From an uncultured Clostridia bacterium (GTDB lineage Bacteria > Bacillota > Clostridia > TANB77 > CAG-508), in contig CAUWGA010000001.1 in assembly GCA_963558245.1 (NCBI GenBank), positions 14,284-78,283 of the forward strand: a DNA stretch of 64,000 nt, read 5' to 3'. Every line of letters begins with the position of its first letter. Positions within the stretch are counted from its first letter, which is position 1. The position numbers and the translations under genes are program-made. Shown one piece after another: positions 10,043-19,467 of the stretch. The notes below the pieces were generated by a model. That model was given only the letters and a program-made list of their open reading frames with translations. It was not told where the DNA came from and searched no databases.

Positions 10043-10495
10043 ATGTATAAAAAATTATTAGTAGGATTTACTTTACTTATTGTTTGTGTATTTTCTTTTA
10101 GTTTATGTTTTGCTAATGACGCAAAAACTATGGTTGAAGATGCTTCCAATAGTGTTAAAAATGTAGTTGGCGGTGCTGAAAACGTAGTTAAAAATACAGT
10201 TGAAGATGTTTCAAATGGAGCAAAAAACATGACTCAAAGAGTAGAAAATGGTGCACAAAATACTGCAAATCAAGCTGGAAATGTTATGCAAGGCACAATG
10301 AATGATGGTTATAATGCTACTAGAACAGCTACTGATACAGATGCTGGTGTAGGTGCATCTACATTTATGGGAATGAGTGCAACAGCATGGACTTGGCTAA
10401 TAATGGGAATTGCCGCAGCTGCCATAGTTGCTTTAGTTTGGTATTATGGCTCTCAAGTTCGTTCTTCAAATTATGATGATAATGATAGATTTTAA
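10043..10495 (+). CDS. small secreted/membrane-anchored hypothetical protein with degenerate roughly 11-aa repeats
   Basis: signal peptide (LLIVCVFSFSLCFA); repeats VKNVVGGAENVVKNTVEDVSNGAKN; C-terminal TM helix; AGGAGG RBS. Confidence 0.55.
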   Translation: MYKKLLVGFTLLIVCVFSFSLCFANDAKTMVEDASNSVKNVVGGAENVVKNTVEDVSNGAKNMTQRVENGAQNTANQAGNVMQGTMNDGYNATRTATDTDAGVGASTFMGMSATAWTWLIMGIAAAAIVALVWYYGSQVRSSNYDDNDRF

Positions 10496-10500
10496 TTTTT

Positions 10501-10542
10501 TGAGTGAAGATATTACTTTAAATTCTTCACTCTACTATTTTT
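10501..10542 (+). terminator. rho-independent terminator
   Basis: GAGTGAAGA...TCTTCACTC stem, then a T-run. Confidence 0.55.
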
Positions 10543-10697
10543 TGTGTCAGATTATATTGCGGATATACTCTGCAATATGGTATAATTATGCAATAAATTA
10601 TATTATATATGAGATAATTAGTTTTAAATAAATTATTTCTTTTATAACTATTTTATGTGATTTTCAAGCAAATTAAGAAAGGAATGGATTTTATATT

Positions 10698-11141
10698 ATG
10701 AATACAAAATTAATCGCAAAAAATCCAACTGCATATCATAATTATACTATTCAAGATAGATTAGAAGTTGGAATTGTATTATCTGGTACAGAAATAAAAT
10801 CAATTAGAAGCGGAAAAGTAAACTTAAAAGATACATATGCAACTATAAAAAAAGGAGAAGTTTATATCATAGGTATGCATATTGCTCCATATGAACATGG
10901 AAATATTTTTAACAAAGACCCTTTACGTGATAGAAAACTGCTTTTAAATAAAAGAGAAATTAATAAATTAATTGGTCTAACTAAACAACAAGGATGCACT
11001 TTAGTTCCAATAAGTTTATATTTTAAAGGAAGCTTAGTAAAATTAGAACTTGGAATTGGAAAAGGAAAAAAATTATACGATAAACGACAAGATATTGCCA
11101 AAAAAGATGCTCAAAGACAAATTGCTCGTAGTCTAAAATAA
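10698..11141 (+). CDS. smpB: SsrA-binding protein SmpB
   Basis: 147 aa; conserved SmpB regions ([37 protein letters not shown]) and a basic C-terminal tail. Confidence 0.95.
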   Translation: MNTKLIAKNPTAYHNYTIQDRLEVGIVLSGTEIKSIRSGKVNLKDTYATIKKGEVYIIGMHIAPYEHGNIFNKDPLRDRKLLLNKREINKLIGLTKQQGCTLVPISLYFKGSLVKLELGIGKGKKLYDKRQDIAKKDAQRQIARSLK

Positions 11142-11434
11142 TGTCCGATTAGGACGGGATCCAGGTCCAAAGTGGACATTTTGGAAATATTATATAAATT
11201 AATATATAACTTATACCTGCTCTTATAAAAAACTCTAGTATATAATAAAAAATACTGCATAAGTGCCTAAACAAGCCAAATATCGGCGAGTGTAACTTGA
11301 ATAACCTACATAAAATTCAATTATGTGGTTGCTATACACAAAGTATTTTTTATTATATACTAGAGTTTTATTAAAAATAACATAATTTTACAAAATGTCC
11401 ACTTTGGACCTGGATCCCATCCTAATCGGACATT
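11140..11434. mobile_element. full-length nested-palindrome MITE-like element (copy B; 295 bp; 43-bp TIRs, 28-bp perfect inner IR, 85-bp core)
   Basis: left TIR aatgtccgattaggacgggatccaggtccaaagtggacatttt matches the right TIR in reverse complement with one mismatch; inner IR aaaactctagtatataataaaaaatact (11227-11256) pairs with agtattttttattatatactagagtttt (11342-11369); core 11257-11341; ends overlap the smpB and fba stop codons. Confidence 0.85.
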
Positions 11435-12363
11435 TATATTTTGTTGCTTGAACCAAAAACATCTTTCATTTTATGAGCTACTGTTTCTTTTATTAATTCT
11501 CTTGCTGGTGTTAAATATTTTCTAGGGTCAAATGCATTAGGTTCTTCTACAAATGTTTTACGAATTCCAGCTGTCATAGCTAATCTTAAGTCTGTATCAA
11601 CATTTATTTTTGATACTCCTGATATACTTGCCTCATGTAATATTTCGTCTGGTACACCTTTTGCTCCTGGAATGTCTCCACCATATTTATTACACATTTC
11701 TACTAATTCTGGAATTACAGTAGAAGCTCCATGTAATACTATTGGTGTATTTGGTATTCTTTCTTTTATTTCTTTTAAAATATCAAATCTTAGTTTTGCT
11801 TCTCCTTTAAACTTATATGCACCATGGCTTGTTCCTATAGCTATTGCCAAAGAATCACATCCTGTTCTTTTTACAAATTCTTCAGCTTGTTCTGGATCTG
11901 TATACATAGCATCTGCTGCATCTACGTTAACATCATCTTCAATACCTGCTAATTTTCCAAGTTCAGCCTCAACTACAACACCTTTTGAGTGTGCATAGTC
12001 TACTACTTTTTTTGTTAAAGCTACATTTTCTTCAAAATCATATTTTGAACCATCTATCATAACTGATGTAAATCCATTGTCAATACACATTTTAGCTGTT
12101 TCAAAATCTGGTCCGTGGTCTAAATGAATTGCAACTGGAACTTCTGGATGTTCTTCAACTGCTGCTTCAACCATTTTCATTAAATATCCTATTCTTGCAT
12201 ATTTAATAGCACTTGATGAAGCTTGTAATATTACTGGTGATTTACTTTCTGCTGCTGCATCCATAATTGCTTGAATTATTTCCATGTTATTTACATTGAA
12301 TGCCCCTATTGCATATCCTTCTTTCATTGATTTTTCAAACATATCCTTTGTTGTTACTAACAT
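11434..12363 (-). CDS. fba: class II fructose-bisphosphate aldolase
   Basis: 309 aa; class II aldolase signatures (GAFNVNN, HLDHG, GFTSVMIDGS, LHGASG-like LHGAST); stop codon overlaps the MITE terminus. Confidence 0.9.
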   Translation of the reverse strand: MLVTTKDMFEKSMKEGYAIGAFNVNNMEIIQAIMDAAAESKSPVILQASSSAIKYARIGYLMKMVEAAVEEHPEVPVAIHLDHGPDFETAKMCIDNGFTSVMIDGSKYDFEENVALTKKVVDYAHSKGVVVEAELGKLAGIEDDVNVDAADAMYTDPEQAEEFVKRTGCDSLAIAIGTSHGAYKFKGEAKLRFDILKEIKERIPNTPIVLHGASTVIPELVEMCNKYGGDIPGAKGVPDEILHEASISGVSKINVDTDLRLAMTAGIRKTFVEEPNAFDPRKYLTPARELIKETVAHKMKDVFGSSNKI

Positions 12364-12481
12364 ATATATTCCTCCTTTAAAAATACTTTTGGATTTTGTT
12401 ATTCCTTTGTCATTATATTTCTAAATTTATTATCTGTCAAGAAGAGTATTTCATAAAAGCATCTTTGCAAATTTTTTATTT

Positions 12482-13141
12482 TTATTTAATATTTTTGAAG
12501 GCTGTATACCAATTTATAGCATTTCTTTGTTTTTTTATTTCATTTATTCTATTTTCCAATTCTTCAAATGTTTTAGGCGATGGCACTATAACAGGTTGAT
12601 TAGGAATCCAATTAGCTGGTGTAGCAGTTTGATTTTTGTCTGATACCTGTAATGCTATAACTGTTCTTAATATTTCTGGTATAAACCTTCCTATGTTCAT
12701 AGGATATACTAATATCGTTCTTATGATACCATGATTATCTATAATATATACATTTCTCACGGTTTCTGTATTACTTATGTCATTTGCTATCATTCCATAT
12801 TTTCTGGCTATTTCTCCGTTTCTATCTGCTATTATGGGGAAGGAAACTTTTATTCCAGTTTTACAATATATATCATATACCCATGCTAAGTGTGAACTAT
12901 TGCTATCTATACTAAGCCCTAAAAGTTCTGTATTATTTTCTTTAAAGTATGTACTTGCTCTTGTAAATGCAATCATTTCTGTTGTACATACTGGACTAAA
13001 ATCTCCTGGATGCGAAAAAAGAACTATCCATTTTCCTTCATAATCCTTTAACTTTATATTTCCAAAAGTTGTATTAGCATCAAAATCAGGTGCTTTTTGT
13101 CCTATTTTAACATTCCCGTTCATCATTAATTCATAATCCAT
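12482..13141 (-). CDS. peroxiredoxin (Prx6-like 1-Cys type)
   Basis: 219 aa; peroxidatic motif FSPVCTTE in an AhpC/TSA fold. Confidence 0.85.
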   Translation of the reverse strand: MDYELMMNGNVKIGQKAPDFDANTTFGNIKLKDYEGKWIVLFSHPGDFSPVCTTEMIAFTRASTYFKENNTELLGLSIDSNSSHLAWVYDIYCKTGIKVSFPIIADRNGEIARKYGMIANDISNTETVRNVYIIDNHGIIRTILVYPMNIGRFIPEILRTVIALQVSDKNQTATPANWIPNQPVIVPSPKTFEELENRINEIKKQRNAINWYTAFKNIK

Positions 13142-13240
13142 AAAAAATAAACTCCTCTCTTATTTTTGTATATAATATAGAAAAGAGTTTATTTTTGTTA
13201 CAAAATTAATATAATAACAATGCATTACAAATTTTATATT

Positions 13241-14812
13241 TTATCTTTTTATAATCGTTACACCTTCTTTTATTGTTTCTAGTACCCTTACATTTCTAAT
13301 GTCATCTATATCTATTTTTAGGGGATTTTTATCTATTATAATCAAATCAGCAAGTTTCCCTTCTTTTATACTCCCTTTGATATCTTCTTCTGAATATTGA
13401 TATGCACTGTTAATAGTAACTGCTTTAATTGCATCTATTACTGATATTTTTTCTTCTTTTCCTAAAATTTTTCCTCCTTTTGTTTTTCTGTTTACTGCAC
13501 ACCATATTGTTTCAAACATATTAGGTTCAATTACTGGTGCATCTTGGTGAAATGTAAATCTTGTATTATTTTTTATTGCACTTCCAGCAGGACTTATTAT
13601 GTTTGCTCTTTCAAGTCCAAAATTTTTAATATGAATATCTCCCCAATGATATATATGAGCTATAAAAAATGATGGAATAATTCCATATTCTTTTACTTCT
13701 TTTAATTGGTCTACACCTAATAGCTGTCCATGTATCAACACTGGTTTAATTTCTTTAATATTTTTAGTTGTATCTTTTATTGCTTTAATATATTGTTCAG
13801 CTGCTTTATCTCCATTACAATGTGCTAATATTTGTAATTTTTCTTCATATGCATATTCTACATCTTTTTTTACTTCTTCATCACTCATAGTTCCATATCC
13901 AAAATACTCTTTGTCGTCTATATATGGTGTTCTCATCCATGCCGTTCTTCCTTGTGGCGAACCGTCTAAGAATATTTTAATTCCACTTATTTTAAAGCGA
14001 TTTTTATATTTTTTAATATTTTCTTTGAAGGCATTCCTTATATCTTTTTCTGTTTTTTTGTCCATATATGCAATTACATCTAAATATAATTTATTGTCTT
14101 CTACTAACTTTTTATATATTGGTATTAATTCTTTGACCATCATTCCTTCTTGTACAGTTGTTATTCCATATGATGCATATTTTTCTTGTGCTTTATCGCA
14201 AAGTTTTACTAAATCTTCTAAACTTGCCATTGGAATTTTCTTTACATTTTCAATAAAAGCATTTTCTTCTAAATATCCAGTTAATACATTGTTTATCTTT
14301 TCTATTTTTCCACCAAATGGCGGTATAGTTTCGTTTGTAATTTGTAAATATTCTAAACCTCTTGAATTTAAAACACCATTATGTCCTGATTTATGATGAA
14401 TTATAACTGGATTATTTTTTATAACTTTATCTATTTCTTCTTTTGTAATATGTCTTTTTTCTGTTAAAGCATTGTTATCGTATCCACTTGCTATAATCCA
14501 TTTTCCATCTTCTATGTTATTTACATTTTTGTATTCATATAACTTATTTTGTATTTCTTCAACAGATTTGCACTCATTTAGAGGAATTTGTAATAAATTA
14601 TTTGCTACTGCAAAAAAATGGCTATGTGCATCTATAAATGCTGGCATCATTGTTTTTCCTTGTAAATCTATTAGTTCAGTTTCATCATCTTTTAGTTCTA
14701 ATATTTCTTTTTCTATTCCTACTTTTTTTATTTTTCCATTTTCAATTAATATTGCTTCAACATTGTTATTTTCTAAAGTTATGAAGTCTCCATTAAAATA
14801 TATTTTTTTCAT
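13241..14812 (-). CDS. amidohydrolase-3 family metal-dependent hydrolase (YtcJ-like)
   Basis: 523 aa; N-terminal IDAHSHF metal-binding motif and a C-terminal amidohydrolase signature. Confidence 0.8.
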   Translation of the reverse strand: MKKIYFNGDFITLENNNVEAILIENGKIKKVGIEKEILELKDDETELIDLQGKTMMPAFIDAHSHFFAVANNLLQIPLNECKSVEEIQNKLYEYKNVNNIEDGKWIIASGYDNNALTEKRHITKEEIDKVIKNNPVIIHHKSGHNGVLNSRGLEYLQITNETIPPFGGKIEKINNVLTGYLEENAFIENVKKIPMASLEDLVKLCDKAQEKYASYGITTVQEGMMVKELIPIYKKLVEDNKLYLDVIAYMDKKTEKDIRNAFKENIKKYKNRFKISGIKIFLDGSPQGRTAWMRTPYIDDKEYFGYGTMSDEEVKKDVEYAYEEKLQILAHCNGDKAAEQYIKAIKDTTKNIKEIKPVLIHGQLLGVDQLKEVKEYGIIPSFFIAHIYHWGDIHIKNFGLERANIISPAGSAIKNNTRFTFHQDAPVIEPNMFETIWCAVNRKTKGGKILGKEEKISVIDAIKAVTINSAYQYSEEDIKGSIKEGKLADLIIIDKNPLKIDIDDIRNVRVLETIKEGVTIIKR

Positions 14813-14914
14813 GGTAACATCAATTCCTTTCTTACTTCTTTCGGAAGTTTATCATAATTATAAAAGAAATAAATTCTTTTAGGATAATCTTTTTTCAAAT
14901 GCACATATTTAAAA

Positions 14915-16660
14915 TTATTTTTCTTCATCACCTTGCTTTAGTCTTAAATATCCTAGTTCTTCCCAAACATTATAAGCTAAATTTAATCTAAATACTAATG
15001 TAGGTTTTGCACCTGCTCTGTTTTTATCAATTACACATGCATAATATCTAACATCTGGATTTTTTTCCTTTTTTAAATCAAAAAATTTAGTATCTACTTC
15101 TTCTAAAGAATATTCATAATTTTGTAAAGTATCTCTATGAATTTGTTTCATTAAACTTAGTGTATCTAAAACTTCTTTTACTGTTCTACTAACCGCTAAA
15201 TCATTTACATTTAAGTTAACAGGTAATGTATTGCTTTCTGCTAATTGTAAAGTTGAACAAATAAACATATTAAAATTTTGTGCTAAATTTGAAAGTATTG
15301 TAGCGGTTTTCTTTAGTTCTTCACCAACGCCAATATTTGCTGTATCTGTTTTTAATGTATCATAAAACACATACTCTATTTGCTCTTTATAATAATAATT
15401 CATTATAACTTTTTTTAGTTCATCATTTGTATGGTCTGTAATATTAATAAAATAAATTGAATTTTCAATTTCTTTATTTGCCCAATTTGTTACCTCTATA
15501 GTTTTTTTAAATTCTGTTGATTCTTTTAATAATCTCTTTACAAAGTCTCCTTGTTTTTCGTCTGGATGCTTTATTATAAATCCATCTTCATCTACTTGTG
15601 TTGTTTTTGGATTATCTGCTCTAAATTTAAATTCTAATAATTCTCCTTCCGTCTTTTTTAAATCAGTTTGTCCATGTAATTCTTGAATTGCTTTATTATT
15701 AATTATTGTTGTAATTAAACATAGTTTCATTTTTTCTTCGGACATTTCGTTTGAAATTATTAATACTTTCTTTTTATGGACTAACGCAACATGTGCAGCT
15801 ATATCCATTGTTAATCTACTTTTTCCTGAATTTGATGGCATTGCTATTGCCATTGTTTCTCCTCTTCTTATTCCTTTAAATACTTTTGTCATTATTGGAA
15901 ATGGTAATTCTAATCCATTTCTTAAATTATTATCTCCTAATTCTAGAAAACTTGTAAGGTCTGAATTCAACACAGCTCTTTTAAATTTTTCTGTGTCATT
16001 TACTTGTTGTATTGCGTTTTCTATTTCTTCCACTGACATTCTATCATATAAGATATATTGTGTAATTTCTACAATTTTATCTTGTATGTTTTTTATTGGT
16101 ATCGCTAGGTAACTTTTTCTAAGTACAAACAATTTTTTCAAATTAATATATATTTTTTCCATGTCATAATCATTAGGATTTATTTCTTCTTTTAATTTTG
16201 ATTTAAATATATAACTTTCTTCGTTATCTTTCGCGAAATTAAAATTTGCTTTTGCTTCTTCGGAGCTATATGCTCCTCCTTCTGTAAACAATACACTTTT
16301 ATATGCATTTAATGCATCTGCATCTTCAAAATAGCATTCTTCAAATTTAAAATAAAATTTAACTATTTGTTTTGGATCATTTAAAAGCATTCCTATATAT
16401 ATTCTTTCTAAATTAATGTCACTCAATTGTTTTGGATATATTCCATCTTCTTCTAGCTCTTCATCTTTTTCCATTTCAAATTCTTCTGGTTCTTCTTTTA
16501 AATTACTTAGTTCTTCTATCTTTCTAAATGCTTTTACATAGTCTTCATTTAATAGTTCTCTTCTTATTTCTTCTATTAAATCTTTATTCTTTTCTGTTAC
16601 TGGTATATTGTTTAAAATTTCATATATTTTTTTTATTTTGCTTTCTTCCATATTTACCAA
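14915..16660 (-). CDS. divergent DnaB-family helicase paralog (DnaB_N-like plus RecA-like DnaB_C domain) with an acidic N-terminal extension
   Basis: 581 aa; DnaB_N-like ERIYIGMLLNDPKQI; Walker A IAMPSNSGKSRLTMDIA (compare DnaB AARPSMGKTAF); Walker B-like EYVFYDTLK; C-terminal KNRAGAKPTLVFRLNLAYNVWEEL resembles DnaB KHRNGPTG...F; Glu/Asp-rich N-terminus. Confidence 0.65.
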   Translation of the reverse strand: MVNMEESKIKKIYEILNNIPVTEKNKDLIEEIRRELLNEDYVKAFRKIEELSNLKEEPEEFEMEKDEELEEDGIYPKQLSDINLERIYIGMLLNDPKQIVKFYFKFEECYFEDADALNAYKSVLFTEGGAYSSEEAKANFNFAKDNEESYIFKSKLKEEINPNDYDMEKIYINLKKLFVLRKSYLAIPIKNIQDKIVEITQYILYDRMSVEEIENAIQQVNDTEKFKRAVLNSDLTSFLELGDNNLRNGLELPFPIMTKVFKGIRRGETMAIAMPSNSGKSRLTMDIAAHVALVHKKKVLIISNEMSEEKMKLCLITTIINNKAIQELHGQTDLKKTEGELLEFKFRADNPKTTQVDEDGFIIKHPDEKQGDFVKRLLKESTEFKKTIEVTNWANKEIENSIYFINITDHTNDELKKVIMNYYYKEQIEYVFYDTLKTDTANIGVGEELKKTATILSNLAQNFNMFICSTLQLAESNTLPVNLNVNDLAVSRTVKEVLDTLSLMKQIHRDTLQNYEYSLEEVDTKFFDLKKEKNPDVRYYACVIDKNRAGAKPTLVFRLNLAYNVWEELGYLRLKQGDEEK

Positions 16661-16854
16661 TTCTCCTTTATTTTAAACTATAAGTGTTAATAATATCCTT
16701 TTTTTATTAACTTTACTAGAACTTTTTGTATTTTCATAATATTCTATTTCCACATCAACCTAATTATACACTTAAGATTTTTTTAAGGCAATAGATTTTT
16801 TTCTATTTTTATGTTATTATATTTGTGTAATTTTTTATAGAAAGGAATATATTT

Positions 16855-18558
16855 ATGGCATTTGATGGAATTATAACAAAAGCAATATCCTCTGAACTCC
16901 AACTTTTAAAAGGAGCTAGAATTGACAAAATTTTTCAGCCAGATTCTAATACTATTATTCTAGGAATGTATTTAAATGGTAATAATTATGCACTTAATAT
17001 TTGTACAAATCCTAAATATTATAGAATTCATTTAACTACACATCCTAAATCTAATCCTAAAGTAGCACCTAATTTTTGTATGGTTCTACGAAAACATTTA
17101 ATCGGATTACGCATAAAAAACATTATCACTAATTCTTTAGAAAGACTTGTTATTATTGAATTAGAAGGTTTTGATGATATAGATGATATTATTTCTTCTA
17201 AACTTATTGTTGAACTTATGGGAAAACATTGTAATGTTATTTTATTAAATGATGAAGGAATTATTGTTGATAGTCTAAGGCATATTAATAATGAAAATTC
17301 AACACATATTGTTGTTCCACATATAAAATATACATATCCACATATATCAAAAATTAGTTTTCTGGATATATCAGATTTTACAGAATTTAAAAATATTATT
17401 GGAGATACTGAATTAACACATATTCCTGAAAAAATTAGTAATACTTTTAATGGTATTAGTAAAAATCTAGTTTCTTTTATAATAAGCAATTTATCTCTTA
17501 ATAATTTAGAAGATATTTTTTATTGTTTAAAAAATATTATAAATAAAACTGATTCTTTTGAATTAACATTTAAAGAGCTTTCTAACGATTATTTTTTATT
17601 GCCTACTAATAATTCTTATAGCAATTTTTATTTGAATTTTAAAATTGATGATTTTTATTATTCAAAAGAAAGTAAAGAAGAATTACAAGTAACTAAGAAC
17701 AATGTTTTAAAATTAATTTTACTAACATTGAAAAAATATAAAAAAAGGCTTCAAAATATTGACCAAAAATTAAATGATTGTACTAATATGGACAGTTATA
17801 AATTATTTGGAGAGCTTATTACTTCAAATTTATATAGAATACCTAATAAAAATGTTACTGAAATTACTGTAGAAAACTATTACGATAATAATAATTTATT
17901 ATCAATTCCATTAGATAATAGATATTCTCCTAGTTATAATGCAAAAAGATTTTTTAAAAAATATCATAAATTAAAAAATGCATTGGAAATTATAAGTATT
18001 CAGAAAGAAAAAACAATTCATGAAATAAACTACATTGAAAGTGTAGTCTATGAACTTGAGGCAGCCAATTCAATTTCTGAAATTGCAGAAATTCTTCAAG
18101 AAATATCTGAAAACGAAATATTTCAGGAACAAACCAAAAGTTTATTTAAACCACAAAAAAGTAAAATAAAGAAAAGTAACTTAAGTAAAAATAAAACAGT
18201 TTCTTTTAATCCTTTAAAATATAATATAAACGGTTTTACTCTTTTAGTTGGAAGAAATAATAAAGAAAACGATTATTTAAGTTTGAAATATGCAAATAAA
18301 TCTGATATCTGGTTTCATACAAAAGATATTCACGGTAGCCATGCAATTCTAATTTTAAATAACAAAACTCCTAATGAAGAAATTTTATTAAAATGTGCTG
18401 AAATAACTGCTTACCATAGCAAAGCTCGTCTTTCTTCTAATGTTCCTGTCAATACTTGTGAAGTTAAATTTGTAAAAAAACCAAAAGGAGCAAAACCTGG
18501 TATGGTTATTTACACAAACTACACAACTTTATATGTTAATCCTAAAAACATTAAATAA
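16855..18558 (+). CDS. rqcH: NFACT-family ribosome quality-control protein RqcH (FbpA/YloA-like)
   Basis: 567 aa; NFACT-N (MAFDGIITKAISSEL...RIDKI), coiled-coil middle and NFACT-R C-terminal region. Confidence 0.85.
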   Translation: MAFDGIITKAISSELQLLKGARIDKIFQPDSNTIILGMYLNGNNYALNICTNPKYYRIHLTTHPKSNPKVAPNFCMVLRKHLIGLRIKNIITNSLERLVIIELEGFDDIDDIISSKLIVELMGKHCNVILLNDEGIIVDSLRHINNENSTHIVVPHIKYTYPHISKISFLDISDFTEFKNIIGDTELTHIPEKISNTFNGISKNLVSFIISNLSLNNLEDIFYCLKNIINKTDSFELTFKELSNDYFLLPTNNSYSNFYLNFKIDDFYYSKESKEELQVTKNNVLKLILLTLKKYKKRLQNIDQKLNDCTNMDSYKLFGELITSNLYRIPNKNVTEITVENYYDNNNLLSIPLDNRYSPSYNAKRFFKKYHKLKNALEIISIQKEKTIHEINYIESVVYELEAANSISEIAEILQEISENEIFQEQTKSLFKPQKSKIKKSNLSKNKTVSFNPLKYNINGFTLLVGRNNKENDYLSLKYANKSDIWFHTKDIHGSHAILILNNKTPNEEILLKCAEITAYHSKARLSSNVPVNTCEVKFVKKPKGAKPGMVIYTNYTTLYVNPKNIK

Positions 18559-18637
18559 AAAGATATTTATTCTTTATTTATTAGATATTAGTAATAATAG
18601 TAATAAATAATACAAAATTTTACTCAAAGTTATTACA

Positions 18638-18690
18638 AAAAATTAAGCACTAATTATTATCATAAATAACAATTAGTGCTTGTTTTTTTA
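18638..18690. terminator. bidirectional rho-independent terminator between convergent rqcH and scpA
   Basis: AAGCACTAATT...AATTAGTGCTT 11-bp stem flanked by A-run and T-run. Confidence 0.65.
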
Positions 18691-18699
18691 TTGCTTAAA

Positions 18700-19452
18700 T
18701 TATGCTTGCTTTTTGCTTTTTTCTACTTCTATATCTCCAAATAATTCTTCTTGTCTTGTTTGTACTTTACTTCTTCTTGATAATTCTAATAATCCAGAAA
18801 ATGCAGTTACTACTTCTTGTTTGTTGTGCTTTTCTAATGAAAATAATTTATTAAAAACAAATCGCTTTTGTTTAATCAAAACTTTAAACATTTCTTTTAC
18901 TTTACTTGCAACTGTGTAATTTTCTGTAATAGCAATCTTTTCTATATTTTTTGCATTCTGATTAATTTTTTCTTTATTGCGATTAATAAGATTTGCATAT
19001 ATTTCTGGTATTAATGTATTTTTATAGTCTTTTTCTATTTTTTGTTTTGGTAATTCTATTTGTTCTGGCACTTTATAATACCTATTAGAATATACATTAT
19101 AATTATTTTTTAATGTTTTACTTATTTCTTTAAATTTTTTATATTCGATTATTCTTCGTATTAATTCTTCTTCTGTTATTTCTTCTTCTTCATCTTCTTG
19201 TTTTGGTAAAAGATTTTTAGATTTCAGATATAGTAATGTTGAAGCCATTACTAAAAACTCACTTGCAATTTCTAAGTTTAATTTTTCTTGCTCTTTTAAA
19301 TAATTTATATATTGGTCTGTTATTTCACTTAAATTTATATCATATATATTCATTTTATTTTTATCTATTAAATGACATAGTAAATCTATTGGACCTTCAA
19401 AATTATCTATTTTGATAGCATATTTCTTTGTTTCTAATGTTAGAATAGCCAT
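18700..19452 (-). CDS. scpA: segregation and condensation protein A
   Basis: 250 aa; N-terminal FEGPIDLLCHLIDKNKMNIYDINLSEITDQYINYL matches ScpA (kleisin) consensus. Confidence 0.85.
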   Translation of the reverse strand: MAILTLETKKYAIKIDNFEGPIDLLCHLIDKNKMNIYDINLSEITDQYINYLKEQEKLNLEIASEFLVMASTLLYLKSKNLLPKQEDEEEEITEEELIRRIIEYKKFKEISKTLKNNYNVYSNRYYKVPEQIELPKQKIEKDYKNTLIPEIYANLINRNKEKINQNAKNIEKIAITENYTVASKVKEMFKVLIKQKRFVFNKLFSLEKHNKQEVVTAFSGLLELSRRSKVQTRQEELFGDIEVEKSKKQA

Positions 19453-19467
19453 TTTTTACTCCTTTTA

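Noticed and set aside
11142-11433. Possible tmRNA (ssrA) gene downstream of smpB
   Set aside because: No tRNA-like acceptor/T-arm (GGGG...CCA with a resume codon and tag reading frame) is present. The interval is fully explained by MITE copy B with its symmetric IRs.
11672-11998. 108-aa + strand ORF inside fba, with similar internal antisense ORFs in ileS, relA, recJ, the FtsX permease and elsewhere
   Set aside because: All lie opposite strongly conserved coding frames in an AT-rich genome where such shadow ORFs are frequent. None has a start context or family signature.
14915-16660. Prophage or integrative element inferred from the DnaB-like helicase plus the Rpn-family nuclease
   Set aside because: No integrase, terminase, capsid, primase or att-like direct repeats are in the window. 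Neighbours on both sides are conserved housekeeping genes, and the two genes are 43 kb apart.
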